Positions 38,401 to 41,341 of a stretch of 46,792 nt of DNA are shown one piece after another. How positions within the stretch are numbered: the first letter of the stretch is position 1; every line of letters begins with the position of its first letter. Source of the DNA: Holosporales bacterium (GTDB taxonomy: Bacteria > Pseudomonadota > Alphaproteobacteria > BNTO01); contig JAISXM010000017.1 in assembly GCA_031270515.1 (NCBI GenBank), forward strand, positions 1-46,792, in the 5' to 3' direction. Made by a program: the position numbers and the translations under genes. Under the pieces are notes generated by a model, which made no database searches, was not told where the DNA came from, and saw nothing but the letters and a program-made list of their open reading frames with translations.

Positions 38401-40196
38401 CGCGAGTTGTCGGAAGTATACATGCGTATCTAGTAAATCATCGGCACATAAGCCTTGCGGTGGCTCTGAACAGATTCTTGGATGCGTATGGCAAGCTTAC
38501 GTCGACGTTTGATTCGCTGCACTTGGTGGGCGATATTAATCGCTACATAAACGACGCCAATACGGGGCACGCGGGGCAATTGCTATCCATTGTTTATGGC
38601 TGGATCCGGAGTCTTACCAAATTAACCGCGGTTATTCCTGAAATTAGAGGGCTGAAGGACAATTTTGCCCAGCAGTATGCGTTTATTCGCGAGTTGGATG
38701 AGACTAGCGCTCTGGTTAACGAAAGCGCCATTCGTACGCAAGCATTTTTGTCTGACGTGCTGGGGCAAGAGTTTGCGTTTTCCACGCTTGGCTCGATTGA
38801 GTTTTCTTTAGAACGGTATGTGTCGTCCGCGATTTCCATGCTTGATACGTATTCCGCAAACGCAGCCGAGGCGATTCAGTGGCTTTGTGAACACTGCGCA
38901 TACTTTAACATCACCGCAAACGATGCCAGCACATTTGCCGCGATCGCTAGGTTTGCGGATGTTGCTGTCGTCGTTAAGCAGCTGGAGGTTTATTGTGATG
39001 CGGCGTTGTGCCCGATTTCTTCTGGGACGAGGTTTTGGGCGGCGACCGTGCAGTTGAGGGATACGCTTGCGCCGAAAGAAAGAGGGATCATTGCGAATCT
39101 CAACGACATGACATGCTTGTTCATGATTGCGGCACAAAATTTGCGTTTTTCGCCTGAACACATTGATGATGTGGCAAGTTATAGTGAGGACGTGAACCAA
39201 TTTTTTGTGCAGCTATCCGCTTTTGCTGAGTGGATGCGGCAGGTTAAAGGGGGCGACGATTTGTTGGCGAGCACAGCGACATCCCCTGTGCTTGGGGTGC
39301 AGCAAATGACGCGGTGCATCGCGCAGCACATGGGGTATAACGAGGATGTGGTCAATGTGGTGCATGCAAATAGCGTGTCTCAATCGGTGATTCAATTGGC
39401 GGCGTCTGTTCATGCGTTTGGAAGGGATACTTTTGGGTTTATAAGTAAAGCGGCGGGGCTTCATGTGCAACACAGAATCAAAGTCGATTTGCATAACGTT
39501 GTTGTAGTGCCTACGTCTGTATTAGTAATAAAAAAGAACTTAACGCTGATACTTGATGCATATCGCGCGGGCACACTTCCGGAGGCGTGGCGGCTGGCGG
39601 CTGGCGGAGGCGTGGGCGCTGGCGCGAGTGGAGGAGCGGATGCTGGAGCTGGCGGAGGTGTGGGCGCTGGCGCGAGTGTGCTGAATGACGAAGGACAGGC
39701 TGCGCTAATTGAGTGCGTCGACGGGTTGTATCAAACGTTTCAGAGCGTGTATGTCTTGTTGAAAAATGTAAACCGCAGAATCGATGTTGCGCTGTTACAG
39801 GATAGGTTTAATGCGCGAACTCATGACGGAAATGGGATTCCCGTCATTGAAAGGCTGTTTGCCACGGTGTACGACACAACAGTAGGAGTTCCTGTTATCG
39901 TTCAATCTACGCCAGCCACTGATGTACGAGAGGCGTCTGGTGCTGGGGCCGGGGGGGCCGGTGATGTAGGAGGGCCTGGTGGTGATGCAGGAGTACCTAG
40001 CGGTGATGCAGGGGTTGCAGGAGATGAGTCCGGTAATGCAGAAGGGCAGGGCGGACCGCAGAGTGCGTTATTGCTTACGCCGCATGTGGTTATATCGGCT
40101 CAAAGCAGCTCCGTTGTTTCAACAACGGGCGTATTGCTGGACAGAGCTGATGCACTGCATACTAGAATGACGGGAAAGAAATACCTCCGCACGTAA
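17472..40196 (+). CDS. Giant (7,574 aa) signal-peptide-bearing, helix-rich, cysteine-motif repeat protein of unknown function
   Basis: One uninterrupted 22,725-nt ATG-initiated ORF. The N-terminus MFLAKRHFVSRFAAVAALWLGCDDIVHA has n/h/c signal-peptide organisation (VHA cleavage site or a weak LWLGC lipobox). Composition is L/A/I/E/Q-rich and helix-type. I count 15 CxxC and 11 CC motifs. Gly/Ala/Asp low-complexity repeats sit near the C-terminus. All antisense and overlapping ORFs are short. Confidence 0.9.
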   Translation: MFLAKRHFVSRFAAVAALWLGCDDIVHATLDYTTIETGIGTVDTIQQMSAKWAPGNQRTLYNGTGAVWIVGSGAQTLLAYSTGQNDIPSHEETYISGFGKIKKIVNIISQIKAGQSFWDVSSCATSLVDKLESSSVNKVDWPITALLGQMRNNSNQIQGLLGAPSDISASITYFSCLNTIIEELHKARIKTGETTFDGTADDDAATLFALTQIGSRGYSPTLAGAIAGITATGPTTATTVLKGTACWRTIWGTESDTASHSGSMISQLLAAGVGSTTGVGGKSLLENFKEIAASFEIGKFNGNVKMSDFYKYIIPTTPADYILLDRLSTDSSNESSRSKIIEARLNTLSIQECLLFILSEETAPSGTQIMSNSIAIGKTDTVLNHLTNRIKTCCEAMLGKFKVVCCDNVYKSLRQLGDDLYANTQFLQTFALDPFTAIRATDAIVSKQTELSNAISAFNSIKEVDAQNCDDSEIVSKVDALDTIIKAINNAFFSTISKNEVLTSPLNAALTVPVLSYEYCVSVHTIITQHVPQYLDMLYSAINNINTWINDIDITASAADVIHDGLGTLRTFLQALHGVFPGSAIVFKSFCKTEYADASGDLEVPPVGPLIPQCRHITNSSDEILSINTKIPQIMESLTTGIGYIDALQTKLLHIIEQQRLATSLRILDESVFHLSQLIGQVDPSTLVYNSLSVTDVTQCIYNIVHQVIIPPASAFDYPSAILELATALNTLLGNPLSGSYTEPLSFDVDGCEPCTTINSVLRNGIPVYLTQILQSICSINDYIRTTPPEVIAFDTERRRESLAELQAFLTDIQPLFDLSITASAFCEEEAQCLNFSVAPINASILAIKNAMSLGIQDITFVTPFVDHLAECSANDDVHIEILGHVHAIAECWNIIFTDENTMALFDTWDGEQNVMVGVIGKLTSALSAYPLTLPEHSGHIYDIDSSSFSAFVGLLVEAQGSLSVLAGNYALPDTWHAPSNTADLWRAIVDELSQISVNISSWGVRIASIRDCVIPVVGEAFLGLNVALNDVLACFGTEEDGQITINRSICIHHNVPPATWPLNQLTSLAALFGDPDPCGDPMHDCGSAATNLVAIYNALSTDVTPAYVYSKFDEIMACLDGMITTHNLGKLASDVLYELTGELNAPSLSATELRYGYAACMVNALDKIVRMIPCIHNQLQHIIMTKDADLFRIESFNTLIEKVRAVLAILEVRPCPTASIVEWRFPRIEKKWEDFLEALLLLKDDILLNAFVNDELAPVAGLLSSINGRIIVMATNAVQLDGLTALFHAIASRQLADTTVEQELTFWNTQLETYVSDAGAVFEPIPAYTTDVRSLVELLNGFVCRMVGSIFTYARQLTASPASVDNEHYRADLIQHLNTVINVLPHCKAMLHKLIDRFKLLNALHAEGAIDELHYNLQQYMDALLVPPTCIASVNNAVYSIQRVIGAFIDGNPVAFPAISVFPGAPEGCTVMDSLLQMSSNIEEQDAPTLLPATIQRTLEMFAKLPEVIFDLRLTFGDAPDWLEDLKQFQFDAFRLLRNMRTSDVAALFCGYALYDDAIKVIEMYPLEQLHLTINAAISDYEKAIHKCALLDNVRQTAQAASTLHQKLALLPLAEILEPPTTLDSILVQVEQCIAAELTLEYAQQPDDIFSYSDVILKILNEFFFPTFSDTAYEAAPSLQQILDDAAAYILNIAKWFRSLANHSDWSTVKYHLQLSSQLRTLAQLLQGPIASIPDGALCNRCKVDVGAFFNGYVPMIGDIRESCLVIAERCAVCNACKPLVAAASGLAALVESLEAYSADFPQYDKINSVMSIMSELSALPETQMNLSCENSVGFITTLCSKIEAMCAALDLTPKVPDLVTGEHYDCSILEAMCVRMLSSVTKIADKMTDVLYNAQAPPHGNWVAMAELLQGTSTLVSAIKTVFYNIQYCGLCNSVAFSYIFADIETQMDRLVDYVSQLNEQWNTYADYNDNKQILTKLFNFFELQNTIDGYINSAASVSEMCSRVESWGQFLREFESLEKIKEEYDFFTLLPYEWLSPQFLHSTRTFLANYINEITYVATKNIHTLRFVHDYLNTNVTNISQETFALVRGIKNVKSNWVRFIAAISLPQIVTPNSILLTLPTSFMQALEEVLAIFDEIVRDLSEKPSICKDRAFHLFDINQVVRAICDKTSIADICSNDTTDRVTGIGALLTAIADATAADPAHPELPFDADCSGVEVSLSNIVYGLELIDGNVRHASKETDWSSLSPDNIPDYQAFGSALHEMLAAFPLNVHMCDLCNVTANEIYIARCRELVRSITINIVYICDQLSKPSYTSDARELAVVSEFCERMAAFFESKIEDPGTRDVDAFRSLVDVLQTSSVLSWGQGDFALLEADIASIQANASINLSVVTLPRDRRLEWYHLSLLRSFNRIYASLVNAGLSLNNHLDLIHTGARFSAFAEELHSVLKQAWGQRPENSQEVSSRNVWPLLNIIAHIAEEGRRWFYVAPVQTSEALEDAWPRIERLARNLKALDNHLDGGWGAIADVPGIFDVQDENAVGVLDEVVNNIAAALVASSDIKDVATHSIAALFTRYNFHLGEIVASLQSIALKVEADYSHSISENIRNYLLSYAPLTIPAFDATNTEQVLISSETVALLALFRDATLRIIDALNGKCCAPESLYYSELADEFYKVRHFFRTLTAEQLTSDMPEVAAICAYIQSLPSAEYVEHQVQPELLLHIRALASHLCPDAIDLPKRYTRHNERRKQLELIRIQECIDGINRKLYALIIDVKQRVFTYTPDAITMLRAFQHFRGVMDRALPHALSHNDPTDLFSQPLDTLQERLDALVDALLNYRCCVEYANNILALLNAVEGAQVGIADAVHNNIEHGIAFDALFAQLVHAFESVVEHTRSFDTLFDIVGDLQGIVPVGYTRAYSIPQCEAWPFALHKSAEAVQNMSMIFDEVLTYWGNTPPAYSQALYENIVKLQGFILNVRNNLLQTLDQPPAHFAVCRTCVAPIARLKTDLCSRIHAQTLATLASVLFQRQYAEVRHRQFRIAEALQALENAVASCVELPLMAVNIDAVSYNITNTTVANNWFCALLANLRTVSQEYCNESFDDNTFIASIHAFSSNLLQEYINIGGTALPAPIPLVEQYATPDSVIFERLVEYVTNTCNRVYLLFKSYFEQPYSGNSTVRDAVIITARFCQDTAALLATPSFAGHYSLPKDVHFKFAAQLQLLAKHLNEALADYSPKCCENNRASLVQRTFAQFAEEVALLTDALVTQSAQDGDAFTCSANITSLSTSLGSFITQLESVVTHLGVAPAPEVLCYDASAQIMQIVPKLNLVVGAAHDISSTVDASILPAQLPPAWGADMGPTEENLVALARVLSALRDGPRSLNQSLVRLREYFARTGEVAYQALHVPNLKNINTVLTSMVAQLQLLQANMVKACQSYQYSLIIVDIAQEISKYPPIIEEIIESIKLRFWAPYSHAIHRLRTYIRAQTHAMALLRDIGATNEALTGADKDDKYTLLRQYLTAIKGQLQTFALITIDDLESVHNEAEISHVLDQFVAFADGLGGTSTSTQLAQIGGIFGRSLPPLAPSVIPATNVFQYINDNINSILEELLAQAVSLGIAQNVNTGLGCITTQGLLTTIAAYFEASGPIARNIVNMLDLYSVLSDTFYGGERMPIHNVSAQVSNTFTDIYEKIIQLSDLFNIERCGFLFNTYSLGIHPQLQRLSSILQAIDVVAEFNWALLDEPNGDEGTSVLELIEGMTMSLYNLSEHLPAHYYYMADKLRYCSAGIVNVYVEQVYADLNRVNNLLAGQHSALQALPLTTDNSACGDTLNGARLDNLSVTNNIATFLTRLVEFVRSSGPRIPLNNIQKLISLQNALMRLCDVLRDVNGVIQEMCTFCENEAASRTFISGMEACVTIMYKNLAELSDTLAAFCCSVDVENALISIAHGVKALADYITGQSFDAAKPDALLDFVRIMNLLEAPIAAYFSAPIHSPTQDVALTGLAALLASGLGLPEVPSEEYMRIVPFNEYAKKQYVNQIIDHVVTIPRVFAQWRAILQGMTLSKNDYAVRVVSTCINRIAKFAELFEGATPANSFLHDTEGVLFVRQHIRVTLISVVEELVALRNIYLNHAAEKVVMEELDVTQNILGVLPDVLNLVLARIEQNTSDINSHTESIVARLIQLPPQSLEHLQPALARLGDAWTAATQQRPVASFDDVCGGISDINKCLYAYVTSLLNAQGQNASIAHDSTSPVGGRLTKFKDELEHFLQALNRVSVAVKNLEFDEEYVASLVNESSPILLILAAKEPIMALAQTLRGQLAYESNEWAYILESLDGMFAKLLVTITSIRDTIANQGPVRVLCTYKDVLNRVHLLSQQIDKIVGNSTIEDAEAFFRQLVTQIADAAELAPVTHAAQLDAIIALVNSAFSVTVSDAFIEPNRLDVGSIPEIQYKTEIKVERILTQCDRLTHLWLQTPYVLKPELINNVSLVLEKVKASPSSWSKVASILERFLGELRVPTFCLGRNAVLCQIEASTANMVHALNSVALNMHVLAEQKYGELLAVLSELSPNIHGINDAYKTLVHADYFDVQYINTLTQLSVIIANIQNNVNAIATIFNCVPKVAPPLTPALCEQTDLLISRIGTNVCNAQRELFSLIDSIVPEVGQVMPLRQEVITAMADTFAPIFAELCDALQYVAAHVSGMTNCVLHNSVYRRAFVTELVRQGVIMEAYPGKLERRLRQFKDSYVGSVVHELRGNVENLMILVRGLAQVDWDNSKLALVNARFEQLRANLYSDVNAWLHRTDDGQWHEFVSQLKFGDYVTILQNIYSDVGAPAPVLPNLLQTVFGERQIREDITAISQFMDTVVGVIATDIYPDFRQKRLYNPALAQVFDAVIAFSAVARVDSSDPIQQQLLECLCPAIAREGLSPIVARESLSPALSLEVLRHLEFILSHNTCCEPHTSKMSSILDTYAAIKLNLHRMSASTFGVRSQDVFLKSGPIGAMAGKLVAMVTTLGTTYAQTQNLLLQLEISSNGLCISSLDEGLTQALAHFADQMDALQAHTANMASLHCDINDLQLGEALGTEFMQFDTNIRQLNLYYDDNIATAWGNLNQALAQQHSAMLAVKAMLTHNEICFLRGDVLVAQFNEFDDFRAYIASSIRALAVYKECALARSGMHMYRIYQQLAPVVMISDILFRNATIKDALIFINKLTVSINNIAAVLEGIHDSKVYEVSYLHGLLNLEYIVCDITADLSTYIAKYGVVISATLEENLTFQSSDFALYLGQIIDTMGTSGSILLALKDWRTSIAAEDGSNHNERCYTDIFAALCAKVEVLRTIISGVNANFAPVYAQTFVFPPTEAPAPFSQPVLQALFAQLAQNLTFVKSEFTGLHTLVTNPTCCYKRLQQQALIAATFDKLRRAVLGAARNLVQDPFVCEQDLAPWILRTQEGTLALQTLASSLTSIAVDAELTCQASLISDKTGQVIIPAFQAMVLAVSNMLATIAPLAPEDAPLALPDFANICAAIISGNVQLSSIAAGMKLAMQELKVQLAQIDIFAYSQAFVDALNEFLLALRAARVQLGEFCTSFEGENCYVCNAVSYTSLLGCVMESLREFEDVIHLIEGNSSKRYSRTLHELVTAVELFGQYSHAFFTQDFDDFDPQRIEILEQALNLNARVLTQIGDSNGNYTGIKNIIHAATEEFADILYVADVALPVLMQEAPVYGASLIAQDRVRLMYVLTRFITLVEHMPTGRGHFVVRSTWQRLANVVESFVAKVRGFHTSDLSLAHELADQASELATAEQAFLEKVRQATYCEPIDAVIFAFVNFVDDLNYAFSTSSATFINNLSAQDSATFAARLDDVTTNIASLITVIADITTAPVNASPYVCSINMEHVTQLSQQLDATKGAVFNVVQVMNPYLTMPLHAEPAHYPDKVVLIRRIVEILKLLQNSMNAAWQSAANCQVRDYHKGTIDSAKLLNAKLNALVPCIPSLFNLVSVCQFCERTEIALTLSEIPAIVQQIPNDINGAILYLEQMCCSRLAFQTCNVYDKSYVISNAMNALAGESLGGIVEFLCNEDIQANSSALIELLTSNLPDKNFNLTQWVKLAPLFAVPGNDHCSAREIEYFLDQWDNVLVQIIAMFPTQYTTGPNSPLERPLVYTCDILPNVVNLCMDSVSSLSAALGILINKVEYHVFVYPKVLNLCRLLAEFVGALNSLSSINLAQTTDVFCTKCQSESVFINALRKKNASDVLVFDELRMHVETLIKILSDYCDNEAVQAFDYFRFNISLLNNILINLSRELVPFWNSNLVDDSKYYEILNINDLYSRMSSTDYGLNELLRLIVANAPTASTTYCQVGNIAHLATSFAHKFAEVVALFAEFTKDFRYAEQKNEYQELAPSNDKLALARVLSDVKTEIANVFSSLEQISTQINSNQLTTNIKIASGVLELSNNLNVQMSHFEALYHAWGNFPCPKWNDCKACEMQLSFCDNCDKVPPPGCLCNFINGTPVRKQIWDIRSKIKMMADFLDRLSQVISPNCCVEPFKPLFQLPDSMLIVQCNVLDFFRWADILNSPNYLVEFVECLSTNISFVGEALHAILQKREETRDNPNNCRMKLFSDELVLLRDNTLKLVNGTTEIIELHQIPQSFRQRWDDLKPTCTEIPSMLPIFGKCVIQITAYFDKFTELVRTAEEIDAHKEALINKLALDPLQVLYQQLIEIEGFVSSLVLVGDQRQICANCNRDVMNENFTLLKENLHLWADAVLNLKNAFVSKYCCEGTDESFANVEYITNIIKLNVDQLATYRFSVYEIYYDIYADEIKGVEGAIDVVREYLVKYLSIRQSLPKSTAVDFCFMAHIGPTFVDLGNILQGNVLGAISALFNRLGVTFISPDPGITFIHGTCSSFGIRLESVASAFDAIATNMLSIFSELSDVALHRSPAHTTEGYSAVQGVVRALADMSVVMFGIYTNAEHKKICENCNHANVLSHIYNGQATLARVVGSIHAYLVNHRHISLAVALNRFLDAYGKLTSTFDSLHLVGDINRYINDANTGHAGQLLSIVYGWIRSLTKLTAVIPEIRGLKDNFAQQYAFIRELDETSALVNESAIRTQAFLSDVLGQEFAFSTLGSIEFSLERYVSSAISMLDTYSANAAEAIQWLCEHCAYFNITANDASTFAAIARFADVAVVVKQLEVYCDAALCPISSGTRFWAATVQLRDTLAPKERGIIANLNDMTCLFMIAAQNLRFSPEHIDDVASYSEDVNQFFVQLSAFAEWMRQVKGGDDLLASTATSPVLGVQQMTRCIAQHMGYNEDVVNVVHANSVSQSVIQLAASVHAFGRDTFGFISKAAGLHVQHRIKVDLHNVVVVPTSVLVIKKNLTLILDAYRAGTLPEAWRLAAGGGVGAGASGGADAGAGGGVGAGASVLNDEGQAALIECVDGLYQTFQSVYVLLKNVNRRIDVALLQDRFNARTHDGNGIPVIERLFATVYDTTVGVPVIVQSTPATDVREASGAGAGGAGDVGGPGGDAGVPSGDAGVAGDESGNAEGQGGPQSALLLTPHVVISAQSSSVVSTTGVLLDRADALHTRMTGKKYLRT
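32203..32255 (+). repeat. 27-bp tandem duplication (AREGLSPIV / ARESLSPAL) in the giant ORF
   Basis: gcgcgtgaaggcttgagtccc and gcgcgtgaatcgctgagtcct lie one 27-nt period apart. Confidence 0.7.
39603..39678 (+). repeat. 48-bp Gly/Ala-rich repeat (about 1.6 units) near the C-terminus of the giant ORF
   Basis: ggcggagg(c/t)gtgggcgctggcgcgagtg occurs at 39603-39630 and 39651-39678. It encodes GGGVGAGASGGADAGA GGGVGAGAS. Confidence 0.85.
39960..40040 (+). repeat. 21-bp (7-aa) degenerate tandem repeat, GD(V/A)G-type
   Basis: ggtgatg(t/c)agg occurs at 39960, 39981 and 40002. It encodes GDVGGPG GDAGVPS GDAGVAG DESGNAE. A G7 run lies just upstream at 39951-39957. Confidence 0.8.
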
Positions 40197-40352
40197 TATA
40201 TCTTTTCATAATAACCAACAGCAATACGCGCCATTACATTGGGCGATTTAGGCGAAGATCAAAAATCACGTCACGTAGCATCGAAATGGACGCCATTGGG
40301 AGCCGGATGCCTTAGTAGGGCACGTCCGGTTCTGTGGATGGGGATGCTATGG

Positions 40353-40385
40353 GCATCTCGACTCTAGGGGAGTCGAGTCAGATGC
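40353..40385. terminator. Hairpin between convergent genes (candidate bidirectional terminator)
   Basis: gcatc-tcgactc-taggg-gagtcga-gtca-gatgc. The core is an 8-bp perfect stem (ctcgactc/gagtcgag) extended by a 5-bp outer stem. It lies 157 nt after the giant ORF stop and 23 nt after the minus-strand gene stop. No T-tract. Confidence 0.3.
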
Positions 40386-40407
40386 TTAGTCGGGCGTCTC
40401 CTGTGGA

Positions 40408-41019
40408 TCATGAGACTTCCCCCAGTTCTTGGTATATTGTTTTAAACCTGTCTATTGTGTTGCGTAGTGCTTTTATGAACTGCTGAAGATATATTTCTTT
40501 TTTAGCCATGACTAAACAGTTACCTACGCGCAGCATACGATATGCCTTTCCAATCGATATTGAAAACGAGTCTGAAGTCTCTCCTCTTTTATACACTTGA
40601 TACTTCACATTTACTGCAGCGAGTTGATCATGCAAGTTAAACGCACAGAAGGTTCTCTGCAGAAGCATTACATGATTTGCGATAGTAGTCGCATACCAAT
40701 CAGAACCATAGGGACGTTTTTTGTTATAATGTTCGTTTACGAATGCTACTACGTCATCGTCGCTAGCGTTGATGCGTTGTATGTACCGAATCCCCTCCTC
40801 CCAGACTTCGGTTACGACGACTTTTCCGTCCACAGTTGAGTATAGTTCCGAATTCATATAACGTAACCATTCAGGAGTGAAGTTTAACTGCAATGCATCA
40901 GCTGGAGCCTTAAGTGGAGCTGAACTAAAAAGTGGAGCTGGGCCATAAAGTGGACATCCTTGCACGCATTGAGAGAGCGTAGCTAGGGCGATACACATGC
41001 CTAAGGATTTGATTGTCAT
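40408..41019 (-). CDS. Small secreted or lipoprotein-like hypothetical protein (about 203 aa)
   Basis: The ORF track extends to 41076 (222 aa). However, Met-20 (ATG at 41019-41017 on the minus strand) is preceded by GGAG 6 nt upstream and starts a signal peptide, MTIKSLGMCIALATLSQCVQGC. Alternative starts are 41031 and 41076. No recognisable domain. AT-richer than its neighbours. Confidence 0.65.
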   Translation of the reverse strand: MTIKSLGMCIALATLSQCVQGCPLYGPAPLFSSAPLKAPADALQLNFTPEWLRYMNSELYSTVDGKVVVTEVWEEGIRYIQRINASDDDVVAFVNEHYNKKRPYGSDWYATTIANHVMLLQRTFCAFNLHDQLAAVNVKYQVYKRGETSDSFSISIGKAYRMLRVGNCLVMAKKEIYLQQFIKALRNTIDRFKTIYQELGEVS

Positions 41020-41170
41020 AAAAGACTCCATAATAAAAAAACGCTCATTCTTTAATGTATCAGACGTGCGCAGCAATAGTCAACAGCATAAATCACGAAA
41101 AAAACGATTGACTTCCAATGCAAAGTAAGTGACACTACATCTTGGAACGAGGGGCAGAAAGCTCATCTGC

Positions 41171-41203
41171 TGCGCTTCGAAACGACGAACCAAACATCTT
41201 TTT
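41171..41203 (+). repeat. Conserved intergenic motif, copy A (TGCGCTYCGAAACGACGMAC...AAAC.TTTTT)
   Basis: tgcgcttcgaaacgacgaaccaaacatcttttt, in the divergent promoter region between the 203-aa (-) and 422-aa (+) genes. Confidence 0.7.
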
Positions 41204-41341
41204 AGGGCTGGGGGCATATCCAGTCATAAAAACATCGCGACTTCTTCGGGGGGGCATGCCGCAGAAAACCTGACTGCTTCCAAAACAATGTTTTCGCGTT
41301 TGGTGTGTAGGTTTAACAATTTAATTATTTAGGATGACGAT

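Noticed and set aside
39590-40050. RTX-type GGxGxD calcium-binding nonapeptides
   Set aside because: The Gly-rich tracts have 16-aa and 7-aa periods (GGGVGAGAS..., GDAGVPS). They do not match the nonapeptide GGxGxDxUx, and I saw no such tandem nonapeptides in the PATR giant either.
40197-40407. tRNA or other small structured RNA in the 211-nt spacer after the giant ORF
   Set aside because: Several stems exist (e.g. ccgga-tgcc/ggca-cg-tccgg at about 40303-40331, and the 40353-40385 hairpin). However, on either strand I see no cloverleaf, no GGTTCRANNCC T-loop with matching stems, and no SRP/6S/RNase P signature.
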